DNA of 63,479 nucleotides, counting the filler, from Circinaria calcarea (lineage: Eukaryota): assembly GCA_051942165.1 (NCBI GenBank). It is 41 parts of 41 records of this genome, joined end to end, with 100 filler letters (N's around TTAATTAATTAA, not from the genome) between each part and the next. Parts side by side here need not be neighbours in the genome. Positions count along the whole stretch, not along the records: positions 23,375 to 24,829 come from JAVECS010004696.1; positions 24,930 to 26,384 come from JAVECS010004697.1; positions 26,485 to 27,938 come from JAVECS010004698.1; positions 28,039 to 29,491 come from JAVECS010004699.1; positions 29,592 to 31,044 come from JAVECS010004700.1; positions 31,145 to 32,595 come from JAVECS010004701.1; positions 32,696 to 34,146 come from JAVECS010004702.1; positions 34,247 to 35,697 come from JAVECS010004703.1; 33 more parts are not named here. One strand, 5' to 3'. Under the pieces are notes generated by a model. That model was not told the DNA's origin, did not search any database, and was given only the letters and a program-made list of their open reading frames with translations. A program made the translations under genes and the position numbers. Below, in pieces: positions 24,241 to 38,240 of the stretch. The first letter of the stretch is position 1; every line of letters starts with the position of its first letter.

Positions 24241-24570
24241 ATGCCTCCACCGCCCAAAAATATCCTTATCCTCGGGTACCCCTCCCCTCCCTTCCACTTC
24301 CCACTCCACTCCATCCTCTTCAGCTAACCTTACACCTGCATCCAGAGCAGGCGTAATAGGCCTGCAAACCGCTCTCACCCTTCTCCGCTCAGGACATGGA
24401 TACAACGTCACGATTGTGGCGGAGTTCTGGCCCGACGATGATGACGACCACGACGAGGGAGAGGGAGAAGGGGAGCGGGAGCGGCACGGAAGTGGGGAGG
24501 ATGGGGAGGATGAAGAGGGGGAGAGGCAGAGGCAGAAAGAGAGAAGGCAGGCCGGGTATGCGAGTCCGTG
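24241..24570 (+). CDS. D-amino-acid oxidase-like FAD oxidoreductase, N-terminal exons
   Basis: NILILG|AGVIGLQTALTLL...YNVTIVAEFWP...YASPW; GxGxxG motif split by an intron with a GCTAAC branch site. Confidence 0.8.
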
Positions 24571-25202
24571 GTACGTTTCGGTGTTGTTTTCTTTCTTTTC
24601 CTTCTCGGTTTTCCTTTCTTGTCCCTTGGTTAGGTATCTAACCCTAATCTGGTCTATTCATTTATTTATTTGAAAGATGTCACTTGGCCCCCCCTACGTT
24701 ACTACGTTTCGAGGAGCTCTGGCGGCTCATCTCGGGGGTGGGGGGGCAGCAAGATTGTGATGGTGATGGATAGAATAGTGCCCTGGGAGTGAGATTCAAC
24801 CCCCAAAAAAATAACCACCCCTCAAATTCNNNNNNNNNNNNNNNNNNNNNNNNNNNNNNNNNNNNNNNNNNNNTTAATTAATTAANNNNNNNNNNNNNNN
24901 NNNNNNNNNNNNNNNNNNNNNNNNNNNNNTAGAAAGGTGCGAAGGTCAGGCTGATGTCGAAATAGGCAGCGGTGAGGAAATCATGCAGTAGCGCGCTCAC
25001 AAGTCTCGGGCCTCGGCTTGCGCTCGCTACGGCAAACTAGTATATCAAATCGTCCATAATGGCAAGAGCGCCATGAGTCATGATAAGCTTATGGTCCTCC
25101 CACAATAGCAAAGACCAACAGAGCGAATGGCAGGAAGCGGCCAAACGACTCTACGACCTTGATGTCACGTGACAGGCGGGAGAGCCAGGAAACCAGACAT
25201 AC

Positions 25203-25489
25203 CTTATAATAAATCTTTTCATCCGCTTGTGGCAAGTCAACCAGCTTTTCATGTATGTTTCCTTTCTTCTCCAACTTCACACTTCTCGCCCAGTCGTCAA
25301 ATGTACCGGTGACATAGACCTCGGTGGCTGGATGATCCCTAAGCAGTGTACACGACCGATTAGCACGACTGCACCAGTGAAGCTAGTCCCAATAGCCTGA
25401 GGGGGCTCCTCTTCCTATTGTTGTGTGATGCGCCAACCTGTACTACTTGTTGGGGGCAATGCCTACCATTTGAACAAGTAGCTTCCCAT
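25203..25489 (-). CDS. Crp1/Mdg1-like protein, N-terminal AMPK-beta-type glycogen-binding (CBM48-like) domain
   Basis: MGSYLFKW|DHPATEVYVTGTFDDWARSVKLEK...EKIYYK| bounded by GT-AG introns. Confidence 0.85.
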
Positions 25490-26484
25490 AGCGGCCCTCC
25501 GCATGCGCTCGCGAACTCCAACAATCAATTGATGGGACAAGTACACGAATAACTATCGAAAGAAAGCAGTGGCCACGGTTTGATGTAAGATCTCCACGGT
25601 AGGTTTGGTTTTCTGGCTCCGAATCGGGGCTGAGGATGATGTTTCGTGATTCGAGAATGAAGGGGAAAGGAAAAGTTGAGGACGGAGCGATAGGTAGCGA
25701 ATAGATCTGTCAGCCAGGGGTAGATTCGTAGCTGATAGGCAAATAGATGGTAGCAAGCGAATGTGTAGGTTTGATTGGTCTGCGCTCTGCGAGCAACAAT
25801 GATTATGTATATTGCTCTGTATATCAGACAGAGTTCTCCCCTACTTGGCAAAGTAGTAAGATACGCGACTAATGAGGCAAATTAGGGCGTTGGGGTAATT
25901 CGGTTAGTTATCGGAGCATGCTACCTATGTAGAAGCTGAATAACCGTGTTCCCAGCCGGTAAATACCCGAGATACTCTGCGTGGAAGGGAGCCAACTGTA
26001 GTTTACATACATAGCTTCATTCGAGGGAGGGTGTAAAAATTGACCACAGACCCCAGTTTACTTAGTAAGCGGATCGCCTAAGTATTTCTTCATACTGATT
26101 TACGTGTAACGGTACAAGTTGAAGTGAACCAGGGTCTGCGGTCAATTTGTTAGCCCGACCGGTCTTTTGTCGCCCGGAATGAGGGATGAAATTATCCCGA
26201 GGGGTATTTATTTCCCTGAACCGCAGTTTCCCCGAACGTCCCCCACCGACCTTATATTTCTATGAGCCGAAGTCTGGTCATATTGTCCCCTACATATCTT
26301 CCATTGCGCATACACACGCTTTCAAATCACGATGCAGAATTTGATAGAAGAGGAAGAGCTAGAAGGTCATACATCACCCACATCNNNNNNNNNNNNNNNN
26401 NNNNNNNNNNNNNNNNNNNNNNNNNNNNTTAATTAATTAANNNNNNNNNNNNNNNNNNNNNNNNNNNNNNNNNNNNNNNNNNNN

Positions 26485-26972
26485 TTCTTGTACCAGATAT
26501 GTTCGGAATTGCGAGATTGGGGAAACAGGGTAGAATACTCGAGGTCAGATCCACTTACTCACGCTCTGAATGTCATGATAGCCATATCCTTGTTGAAGCG
26601 GCCCAAAGTCTGGAGTTGGATGAGACCTCCAACAGCGCCTGCATCTTCGATTCGGTCGCAGAGGAACTGGCAGAGCACCTGCACCTGTTGCCTGGAAAGG
26701 AAGGTAGGCGACAACTCAGCGATGACTTGAGAGAGGTATTTGACGGCCTTGGAGCGAATTGTAGCATCCTCATCGTTGATGTACTCCCCAAGGGACTGTA
26801 CGACATCAATGAGGGTGGTTCGGTTTGTTTCAAGTTCTATCCAGCCATCAGCGTTTCGCTTCACCGGTGGGGGTAAAGACATGTTTGTACTCGTTGCAGC
26901 GGCGTGGGCGATCTGGACTGCACCTTGCTTGTCTGTATCGATGGTGAGTAAGTAGTCACGCACATCCGACAT
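26485..26972 (-). CDS. MET18: MMS19/Met18 cytosolic Fe-S assembly factor, N-terminus
   Basis: LIDVVQSLGEYINDEDATIRSKAVKYLSQVI...LSRQQVQVLCQFLCDRIED. Confidence 0.88.
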
Positions 26973-27089
26973 TGCGAAGGTGGATTCGTGTCACTTTGGT
27001 TGTTAAGCATAGGAGACCGAAATAACTTTGTACCTTGGCTATTGTCCTCACCATAATCTGATATGGTAGCCGACGTCACACCCTTGTGG

Positions 27090-27938
27090 TGGTACGGAGG
27101 ACAATTTATACGGAAAATATCTAAAATACCCCCCTAAAGTTGGATTCTTTCCCGAATACCCCTTTCCTTTCTAGAATCTCAATTTCTTTCTAGAATACCG
27201 CCCTGTGAAATTTATATAATATAATGTTATATCTAGAATACTCCTTTATCAAGTAGACCGCTCAATAAAAGCTAATAGTAAACTCCAAATATCTAGATCA
27301 GCTAAGTAATTCAATGCTCTTTCTTTCTTCTACTATAATACCCACCCATCTTACCCGTAGCCTCTGCCAATTCTCTTCCTCCTTTATTCTATACCATTAT
27401 TCCACCTCTGTATAACCCCCTAAATTCCACTCCCAAGCCTCGGGAAAGCCTGTCGTCATGTCGTATACGGAGTTCAAAATCGGAGGGATATTCGAATCGA
27501 TAGACGAAGGCAAGCTCGAAGCTCTTCGCTATATTATAAACCGGGGTAAATCGTGGTGGGTCTAGAAAAGCGAGAAACAAAAATTCGTTATTATTTATAT
27601 TTTGGGTGCCGGGCGGAAAGTTTAAAAGCGGGGGTAAAAGCGGGGGCAGCCAGTAAGCAGAAAGGCGGGGCGAAAGAAGCTAAAAAAACAGAGTCAAGCA
27701 AAGCGACATTAACGACATTAAAGAGACGTCTAAGGGCGGAATATATGGCAGCGTTAGCTAAGTCACTAAAAAAGAAGAAGAAAAAAGCAGAAAATGTAGC
27801 GTAATTATCTCATAGAATGCAGCGCATTTAACTAGAAGCTTAGATTCATATATAAAAACTTAATAAATAGCTTTTATATAGTAAATAATTAAAAGTTACA
27901 TATGGGGGCATTCTAGAAAGGAATAATAGTCATTAAAA
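27090..27938. mobile_element. AT-rich DNA-transposon-like relic next to the MET18 promoter
   Basis: TpA enrichment; ATTTCTTTCTAGAATACC (~27182) is inverted by GGCATTCTAGAAAGGAAT (~27907) with transition mismatches. Confidence 0.5.
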
Positions 27939-28038
27939 NNNNNNNNNNNNNNNNNNNNNNNNNNNNNNNNNNNNNNNNNNNNTTAATTAATTAANNNNNN
28001 NNNNNNNNNNNNNNNNNNNNNNNNNNNNNNNNNNNNNN

Positions 28039-28726
28039 AGATCTCCCCCGCCTTGTTCAGCCCTGGCTACCTCCATGTAAGTACAGACCTTAGTCCTTTT
28101 CCAAGGCAGTTGTTGGTAATTCTTTACAGGCAGTCTGTCAGCGCAACCGCTTCCTCCCTAGAATATCCAATTCCATAGCCTCCATACACCGCCGCGCCAA
28201 ATCGGCTGTGCCTGGCTCCAAATTCGACACTCTATTGTCCTCACTTCTTAATTGCGAACCGGAAGCCGAACTCAATGGCATCCCCTTCCTTACCATGCCC
28301 ACACAGACTCTTACAGCAGCCCTCCAGATCCGTCTCTGGAACTTGATCCAACACCGCCTCTTCGACCGCCAGGCGGCTCGTAAACTAAAGCCACTTCAGA
28401 TCCCTGCCGCGGCCCAACATCGTGCATCAGACGAGATGCTGGACAATGGAGAACCCGAGACGGCGTTCCAAATGCTTGACGAGCCCTCCTTGTCCAGTGA
28501 TCAGGAGGAGATGCTGGATGGAGGCCTTCATGATGAAGATGACGAGGACGAAATGCTATTTTCCGAGGATGAGGATGATGGGATGGGTTATGTTAGTAAT
28601 CAAGATGATGACGATAACGACGAACTGCTCGATGATCCCGAAACAGGGCCGGTAAAGTACCCGGTTGTGATTAACGAAGGATCAGACGCCAACTCCCTCG
28701 AGGAGGATATGCTGCTTGACACCTAA
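28039..28726 (+). CDS. Hypothetical fungal protein, C-terminal part with acidic tail
   Basis: ISPALFSPGYLH|GTAAGT intron|AVCQRNRFLP...LQIRLWNLIQHRLFD; 172-aa ORF. Confidence 0.65.
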
Positions 28727-29591
28727 GCTTTGAATCCCCTTCTCCCGGCCCCTTTGGGCCCTGAAACAGCAGCATCAAAGACACTTTAGGGGAGAAAAGG
28801 GATAGACCACGGTGTGTTTGGTGCGCAGCAGGCTAGAATCGAATGGGGGTGCGGAATTCACAAATATATCGTTGACAGGTACATAGCTTCCCACTCATAT
28901 GCTAGCTGTATCCATTTTTGCGCAAATGTAACGGCGATGGAACACTCAATTCGGAATGAGGAGGAAAGGGGATATTTTCCCGGGAGAGCTGCTATTTATC
29001 TCTCTCTCGTTGAGAAAAGACGGGAGGTTCGGGAAAACTTTATTAGCATACCCCTTCCAACCACATAGCCGCAACGCGAAGCCTGCTCTCTCTCTCTCAC
29101 CCACCCATCCTCCTATCCCTCCCCCCCTTTTCCCTCTCAAAAAACTAAACCGAAACCGAAACCGAATAACCAACACAACAGATTTTTGCAAAATCCAAAG
29201 TCTTTCACCCTCCCCCTCCTCCTCTTTTATCCTGATGTAATAGTAATATTGAAAAGCTTCTTTCCCCTCCTTAATCCTCAATCCTCATACGCAACCTCGA
29301 CCTCGACTCCTACTCGACCTCGACCCAAAAATCTCCCCTCGACAAAGCTACCCTTGTTCAGAACTGGCAACTGGCCCTAAAAAAATGAAATAAAAAAGGG
29401 GGGGGGGGAAACCAGAGGGCACGTTAAATCTTCTTTTTTACCATCGTCGTTACTATCATCATCAGCGTCGTCATCGTCATCATTATCATCANNNNNNNNN
29501 NNNNNNNNNNNNNNNNNNNNNNNNNNNNNNNNNNNTTAATTAATTAANNNNNNNNNNNNNNNNNNNNNNNNNNNNNNNNNNNNNNNNNNNN

Positions 29592-31044
29592 CTTTCTCCC
29601 CAGCCGCCATCTTCTTTCTGCTTAGCGAGGAAGAAGTCGCAGGCTTTGCGGACACGGGAACTGTTTTCGTACTTCTCCCCGACGGAGGCGAGGGACTCGA
29701 GGGCAAACATACCGGCATAGGTGAAACAAATGCCCCAGCTACCGTACCATGAGCCGTCGGATCGTTGGGCTTTGCGGATGTACTTGAGTGCACCCTCTTT
29801 GGCTTTGACAATCTCTGCTTTGCGGTAAGTGGGGTCGTGCTGTGAGAAGAGTGATAGAGCAGTGACAACAGCGGTCGTGCATTCCGGATAATCGTATTCG
29901 ACCATTATTCTACCAAACACTTCTGCAGCGTTAAGATACTCCATATATTCTGACCCTCGGGTAGGTTCATAAGACGCAAAACCGCCAGAAGGGTTTTGCA
30001 TGGTCAGCAGCGTATCTATGGCATCTCGAATCCGGTCGTCCGATACGAGTTGAGGATATCCTGGAAGACTTTGTAGCATGATGACCGCCTTCATCGCCTC
30101 ACTTGTGCAATCACTGACCGTATACCCTTGATCTCGGGTACTGAATGCCCATGCCCCTTTCCGTCGTTGGCGATAACATGCTTCCTGGTCTTTGCAATCC
30201 TCTCGAATTTGCTGATCGTCGAGAAACCCTAACGCTTTGGTGAGCATTGATCTCCATCCAGGTTCTTCTGCAAGGCCGGCTTCGATAACGGCCTGAATGA
30301 GGAAAGATGTATCCCACGTCTGTACACCGTTTGTACCATTCATGAGCATTCCCTCATTTTTCATCCATAGAAAGTCGTGCAAGCGCTCACGATGACGTTT
30401 GACTGAATAGCTGTCTGGACCATCGTGCACATAGCATGCAAGTAGGTTCATTGGGGCGTTAACAGGTCCAAGACCTTGAAAGTTGGTATTTTCATCCTCT
30501 CGTTGGATCAGATGGAATGTCCAATCCTCTGCACTCTTGACAAGATTATCAGATCGCAAATAAGGGTTCCAAACATTAACGAGTGCCCAATTGATGCCCT
30601 TGAGTATGAAGCTTTTCGGATGATAATTATCTCGATCCGATATGCTGTTGCGATGCGCGGCGAAATTGATAGACGGGTAATCTTGCGTGAAGAGCTCCTT
30701 CTGGAGCTGTCGGGTTAAGGGTGTCAAAGGATACGTGAAGCGGCGAGAATAGATATAAGACATTGGTAGGAATACCTGGCGCATATGAATCCACCATCTC
30801 CATGGAGCTATCGGTACCCAATCCGGAAGAAGCCTGGTTATGTTCTCAGTGATGTACGGCCAGAAATGAAAAGCTCGTTGGCCTACCATAACTCGGGCGG
30901 GACAGGGTTTACGATGCTCCAGTCCATTATTCCTAACACGCTCAACCAAAATTTAGACCAGTGTGGTCCGTTGACTGCACCCCCGAGCTTATGTAGGATC
31001 CCCCGCGCTTTCACCATTCTCGGGTCCTCCTCACTTGCGCCGAG
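29592..31044 (-). CDS. ERG7: Lanosterol synthase (oxidosqualene cyclase), internal fragment, copy A
   Basis: MNGTNGVQTWD, GYTVSDCTSEA, YDYPECT, DGSWYGSWGICFTY, QW repeats; one intron at ~30890-30837. Confidence 0.97.
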
Positions 31045-34000
31045 NNNNNNNNNNNNNNNNNNNNNNNNNNNNNNNNNNNNNNNNNNNNTTAATTAATTAA
31101 NNNNNNNNNNNNNNNNNNNNNNNNNNNNNNNNNNNNNNNNNNNNCGGCAATTGAATCGATATCTCGATCCTCGCTTACACCTCCCCTCCCCTTCTTTTGG
31201 TTCTTACCCCGCAATATACCAGATACGCTCTATCAAAAGGCGCTTTGCCAGGGAGGACATCGTATTCCAGCTCATCACTAATCAGCTTGACTTACTGTGG
31301 CCGTCTTTCCTGTTTGCTCTGTTCCCGTTATTTCATCTTCGATCTCCTGCCAACACACCAAAAACCACATCTTACAGCAGAGGAGGCTTCCCGGTCCCGT
31401 TGCTAAACCGATTCAACCCACTCCCCAATACTCATCGGGGCTTACACCCCCTCCCCCTCTTTGTAAGCAGGGGTTTACGAGAGATGAGCTCGAAATGCCA
31501 CTCAGTGCCAACAAGACGGAAGCTTTCTGCCTACCTTGGCCTTGGCTACTCGATCTCTCGTATTCGGTTTCTTCGGATGACTTATAGGTGTGGTTTACGA
31601 TTCCTCTACCTTCAACACACGACAAGCGGAATGAATGCCGCCAAAGTGTTGAACAAAAGGCCATGCCAAACTTACCCACTGGGCCTTGCAGCCATCTCCT
31701 CTTGAACCAGGAACTTGTCAGGATGTGAGCATACACCAGCTCATCGCTAGATAGGCCTATAGCCTCGACCTTGCCCGATCTCAAATCCCTTCTGTCTCAA
31801 GTTCCTTCATCCCCCTTTCTCTGTCTGCCCTTCTCCATGTGTTCCTCCGTCTGCCCTTCTCAATGTCTTCCTGCGTCTGCGTTTCCCCGCATTTTTCTCC
31901 ATAGATCTTTTCTCCGCCTCTCCTTCTCCGTCCCCGAATCCCCGTCTATTATTCTCCATGCCCGTCTATCTGTCTTCCCCCATTCCTCCAAACCTCCCCA
32001 GGCATCTTCCCCTAACCCCAGCCCGCCCAAGCTCTCAATCCAGGTCCTCTGCATCCAATCCTATCCCCCTTAAATCCCTCTCTGTCCTCTCTCCTACCAA
32101 AATCACAATCACCAAGCCCCACGTGCTCCATTCCCGCCAGAAATCCCTCAGGACCCTTTCTCCACCCACTTCCGCTCGAAACCTTCACATTATTTATTCG
32201 CTATTTGGCTAAAGGCTACCTACGCTTATGCTGTCACCCCTGTAGCATTCCATCGTCTCACCACCAGGACTAAAATCACGCATATAACTCCATACTTCTA
32301 ACGCCTTCTAATAAATCACAACCTGCGAGAACAGAAGGCGGGAATAGATTTATCCATCCCATTCCCCAAGACCAAAGGTTTCCACTCTAATCTCCAGGGA
32401 CCTTTCTACCACCTACCACCTACTCCTCATCACCCGCACCGCCATCACTAAAAACTCCCCCACAAATGGGAATATCTCCCTATCCCAAATTTACCCCTAC
32501 CCCGCGCAGCACGCACCTGAATCAAGAATACGTAATCGGTAATCCTTCCGCTCAGGACCCCCGGGGGGGTGGGGGGTTTAGGATCCTTTTTAGGGNNNNN
32601 NNNNNNNNNNNNNNNNNNNNNNNNNNNNNNNNNNNNNNNTTAATTAATTAANNNNNNNNNNNNNNNNNNNNNNNNNNNNNNNNNNNNNNNNNNNNGTGGA
32701 GGAGTATGTCCAGAGGGTGGGTTTACTGGAGAAGCGAGCGACGCGGAATTTCATTCTTGATTATGTTCTCCAGCAATCGACAAGCAGCGATGTCCGAGAT
32801 TTGATCAAAAGACTTGCGGAGTCTGGAAACTAAAACCGGTGGCAAATTCGCGGCTCGGGAGTTTGAGGTTTTGATAGGAGGAAGGGACTGATGCATAGCG
32901 TAGGCGTCAGAGATGGAATATGCATGCCATGAAGATTGATGCCATGATGTCTCGATCCCTAAGAGCAATAATACCATGGCCATACCGGAATATCTCAGCA
33001 CGAGCGATCGATGAAGGGAGGCTTGGAAAAGCGGTGGTTCAATGGGAAGTTCATAGAGGTAGGTACCTTGACGATTATTGTCATAGATAGATGGGGCTCT
33101 GAAAGTACCAAATTCATCTATCTCACTGTCTGTCCAACATCAATCAATCCAAATACCATGCCCAATCCAAATACCATGCCCAATCCGTCTCCTGTTGTAC
33201 CACACCCATTTGCCTCCTTTTCCCCCTCCTTTTTCCCCGTCCATCAAACATCAAAAATGCCAGAGGAAAAACGGGCACTCGAGGGCCGTCCATCCATATC
33301 TAATAGCCACTACGGAGTACACTTTCCATTTACCAAAAGTCATCCATCCCTTGTTAGATACTTTTTTGGGGGAAAAAAGCGGGATATAATATAATGAAAC
33401 TAGGTAGGTGTGGTGGAGCCAAGGCGACTAATGGCTGGGCGCGCATATGGAATGGGCAGGCAGGCATGGAGGACATGGGGAGGGATAAACACTCTTTAGA
33501 CACGCATAAGAAAGCAGTATAGCAGTCAGAAATGCAGTACTGATACCGTCCGATCTTCTTCCTATATATGCACTATACTGTAGCAGTCAGTTCATGCCAT
33601 ATACTTTCTGATTCTTCACTATTCAGGCTCCCATTACCCATTCTCGATTGCGTCTTTGCCTATACCTTAGGAGCATAGCGGAGCACCCTATTTCCTTCAC
33701 AGTAGGGAGGGCTACATTAGAGACTTTTTCCTTTCTAACCATTTTCCAAATCGTTGAATTGCGTTTGGGTTTGGGTTAGGTTGAGGGGCGCGACCGAAAA
33801 AGTCCCTTGAAATTTTATGAAAAATCACGCAATCTTTTTCTCTTCGTTGGAATCTTTTTCTCCACGTTTTGTATATATCTGATCGGATAGAAATAAAATC
33901 GGAATAGAAGTTAGGAGCTTTTTTCGTTTTTATATTTGGTTTAGATACCTACCATAGCCTGGAATCCGGATTGAAACGGTAAAACGGCGTTTTTCCCCCG

Positions 34001-34246
34001 TCCGGGGGATTTCAGACGCCTTATGATACGGTACACTTAGATGTGGGTACCCGTAGTACTATAGGTATAGGTATCCTCTCTGCCTGCTTCGTGAGGGTCC
34101 CGTGAGGGTTGCGGACGAAAGTTGGATAGGAAATACGGTATGAGACNNNNNNNNNNNNNNNNNNNNNNNNNNNNNNNNNNNNNNNNNNNNTTAATTAATT
34201 AANNNNNNNNNNNNNNNNNNNNNNNNNNNNNNNNNNNNNNNNNNNN

Positions 34247-35132
34247 CAACGAGACCACATTCCCCACACCCCACGGTCGAAACGTCTCCGCCCTCATCTC
34301 TTCTGCTCGTAAAGCTCTAAGACTAGACGCCCAATTTGGCTGCGCTCCGACCGATCTTTGGACAAATCGCTCACCTTATCCAAGCAATAGCAGCATTTTC
34401 ACCTGGCTGGAGCAACAGGTACTCCCTAGATCAATCTTAGATACCACCCGTGGCGAAAAGCCGCGTATTGTGATTGCGAATACCGGAGCGATGAGGTTCG
34501 ATATCTTCCAGGGGCCTTTTACAATCGACACTACCTTTACTGTATCTCCATTCGTTGGGGGCCTTCGATACATCCCGGACGTGCCATTCGGCATAGCCGA
34601 TCGCGTGCTTACGGTGCTGAATAGCGAAGGCGAAATCCTAGAGCAAGCCGCTCTACACCTTAAAAGCTGGATGCTCGCTTCACCTGAACAAATGGCAATT
34701 CCAAACGACATAGTCGCTCCTCCATCCAATATTCGTCTCGCTGGTAACATCCGCCAGCAGCCTCTCATCGCCCCAAAACCATCCCTCACACCCGGCTACA
34801 CCACCAAAGACGACGCCGGCACAGACGGCGATGACACTATCCACTCCCCCCTCTCTTTCTACCGTGTCCCTAATTGTATCGAAGCCCGCCTATCGTTCCC
34901 ATTTACCACCTCATCTCAACACCCATCCTCATCCTCAAGACACTCAGACCCCGAAAACCCAGACACAGTCGACCTCGTCTACCTCGAGTTCATCCAGCCG
35001 TGGATCCTTCTCGCCACGAGGTTCCTCGGCGCCGAATACGACCCGGGGGATACGAAACCGTATATGGAAGGAGAGGGGTTTACGGCCATCTTGGCGAAGT
35101 GGGTCAAGGAGAATTGGAAGGGAGATTGCTAA
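34247..35132 (+). CDS. Calcineurin-like phosphoesterase/5'-nucleotidase (YHR202W-like), C-terminal part
   Basis: FGCAP...PYPSNSSIFTWL...NTGAMRFDIFQGPFT...SPF...GYTTKDDAGTDGDDTIH...DLVYLEFIQPW. Confidence 0.82.
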
Positions 35133-37347
35133 GGGCATGAGAATTCGCGCTGGGGTATCGTATTGCATTCTGGGGTGTTTGTGGGAGTATGGCGCTGGTG
35201 GGTTGATAGCAGTGAAGGTTAAGGGATACGAGGACCCACGGGTAATAGATTGAGGGCTAGTGAGGGCTAGATTTGTTTCGAATCTCTCGATATAAACCCC
35301 CCTTGTTTCGGAGATCAGCCCCTCCCAATCTTATCTCATCCTCTCCCATCCTCCTATACGTTCCTCCATCTCTCACAAACATGGAATTCATCCGAGTATG
35401 AAAAGTTTCTTCCCCCCACATGGATTCCACCACGTCCTCGCAATGTCCATTCATTCCCAACCGAATCAATTCATTTAAAAAGCCCACTCCCCTGGGGATC
35501 GGTTGGTTACATACAAGCCCCCCCCCCTTTTTTTTCTTTTTTCCTTTCCGAAACAGATCCGAAAAAGGCGAAGAATGACGGAAATGGAAATGGAAATGGG
35601 AATAGACATGGTATTTGAAGGGGGGAGGGAGTGGGCACGATCATAACTTTGTAACTAAACTACGATATTTTAACCCATCCCATCTCCCGTATTTTGCNNN
35701 NNNNNNNNNNNNNNNNNNNNNNNNNNNNNNNNNNNNNNNNNTTAATTAATTAANNNNNNNNNNNNNNNNNNNNNNNNNNNNNNNNNNNNNNNNNNNNGTT
35801 GTAAAGGGGGAGGGAGAGGTAGGGGAAGGGGTTCGGTAATATGACAAAATGTTACGATGACAGGTAATTAGAGTGGCTTAATTGGTGTGATGGGGGAAGG
35901 GAGGTGGTAAGAAAAGGGAGGTTAGTGGATGACGGGGAGCGCGTGATTAAGCTGGTAGTGGGTGTTATGGAGTGCAGGGCGTGGATTATGGAGGTTGAAT
36001 GTTGTGTTCTTATTTTTATTTGTGGGGGGTTAGTAGGTGTCTTTAGGGCGGTGGACGGGTTAGGGGTATAACAACGGAAGTTTGCTTCCGAGTTCGCGGG
36101 TGAAAAAGGAAGGTCAACGAATGCTTTTGGAGAGTGGAAATCTGCAGTGTCTTAAACATTGTGGAGGGTACGAGCTATTGAGGATGAGTTTGGGGATTTG
36201 GGTGATTTGGGTTGAGGGGGTGATAGGGGCTTTACGGAGTGTAAGAGCTCGAGAAGGTTGCACTTTGGATTTTGATTGAGATTGCGAATCACACTAAGAG
36301 TATGTATGCATTTGGAAGAGCGTGTGCAAGATAGGGTGTTTCGAAATCGACAATTTGGGGGTTTGGCGGCTGGGTGAGACCTCCTGTTATATGTGGTGTA
36401 CAGGTGTTTTTTGCGACCGAGTGATGACAGAAGGCAAGCTCAAACCCCGGAAAGGTAGGAGTCCCAATGCACCGGCGAGGGGTGTCTGCTACCACATTCG
36501 CAATGCCCGAACCTCGACTTGTTACACCAGACTGCTTTATTTATATATGTATATAATATCATAAGCACTGGGGTCCTCGGAGGCTGAAAGGGCCGAGAGG
36601 TCCAATGTTGATTGTTAGGGTTCCGGGGCATGTGATCAGGACTAGGCTGGTAGTGTTAGCGTAGCGGCATAAGGTTGTGCGTAGGGAACCAGCAATGATT
36701 TACTCATAGTAGAAACAGGACCCTTATTTCGCACCGGTCACAATCCATCTCCCTGAGTAAGCTGTTACGTCTTGAAAATGTCTATTTCTAGGAAATGGGG
36801 GAATCTTGCTTTGAAGGGGAGCAATAACCAAGTACATGCTGTCATATCACACAATTCATCATTTCCGATGAGAATATTCAATGGTGATCTGATAGGGAAG
36901 TATCAAGACAACACACCTCATCTTCAGGATCCAAATATTTAGTGTTTAGAATATGCCATGCACATCCCAAGACGAAGTGGTCAATGAGGACTAATGGTAC
37001 AGGACCTATGAAACTGTCCGGCTAATAGCATCTAGCACAGTCGACGACAATGTAGAGAATAAAATATTATGTTCTCATACTGGATCTGCCTCCACCCTCT
37101 GGCCAGCAACCCCATCTCGATTCGCCCGCCAGACACCTCCTTCTTCACCACCAAACTCTTCCAGTTTCCAAACCTCTACTTTCTCTTTACAAGCTTCCAA
37201 TGCTTCTTCACCAGCTTTCCATGCGGCCTGACGGTGGGGCGAAGATANNNNNNNNNNNNNNNNNNNNNNNNNNNNNNNNNNNNNNNNNNNNTTAATTAAT
37301 TAANNNNNNNNNNNNNNNNNNNNNNNNNNNNNNNNNNNNNNNNNNNN

Positions 37348-37760
37348 GCATATTATAAAGCCCTTATTTTATATTAATAATTAATATTGCTTTTATTTAA
37401 GAAGTTTAAGAACGTAATACTGGCCCGGTAAATATTAAATAATAAATAAATTAAGTAAAGCATTTCGATAAATAATATATTATAATAATTACTACAGTAT
37501 TAATAGCTGTTTATTCGACTTTAAATTTATTTATTTATCGTGAAAACATGTATGTAACGCTAGTAATAATCGATTTTAATAATTATTAAAAGTAAATCTC
37601 GATCTATTTATGTCAAAACTTTATTTTTTGGTGTATTATAATAATTAATTATAAATAATCGATTGTTCGAATTCAATAATTAATATTAAACGAACGCCCA
37701 CTTAGCATTTTCAGGGTTCAATAATCGATTATTTATAATCGATTTCAATAATCGGTGCCA
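37348..37760. mobile_element. AT-rich transposon end with repeated ATAATCGATT motifs
   Basis: Very high AT; ATAATCGATT occurs four times between ~37565 and 37745, then an abrupt switch to normal GC. Confidence 0.5.
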
Positions 37761-38240
37761 CCGAACGGGGCCTAAATCATTGTGTAAGCTAGTCGGCGGA
37801 CCGACCCGGCACTAGCTACTTGGCGTATCATATTCTAGCTTCATTGGATCGGACTATTTTCTATGCCTTCGATTACGCGCATGAACAGTAGCAGGGATCT
37901 CGTGTCTGTATCACGTACCTACTGTACTGCGGCGTATCACAAGCTTCTACGAGTTTGCCTTTTTGCAACACCACCAACCTTTCGCTCAAGTGTGAGGGGC
38001 CGACTACGTACGCTCCCGTTGCCCATAATCACATCACTTCCCTAGATACCTCCGGTAGCATAGGACTGCATCAACATACCATGACCGTCCCTCATCGACT
38101 ACCTCAAAGCGCAAACTACTACCCCCATTGAGGGTCTCACTCTCCCTATCTTCCAGAAATTGCCACTTCATCGTTGTTGAGATATAGATTGCGTCGTATT
38201 CATCACTCCGATTTTGTCCTCTATACCGCATGCTGAATGA

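Noticed and set aside
31145..32595. 184-aa ORF and overlapping ORFs
   Set aside because: Low-complexity, pyrimidine-biased sequence with no recognisable homology
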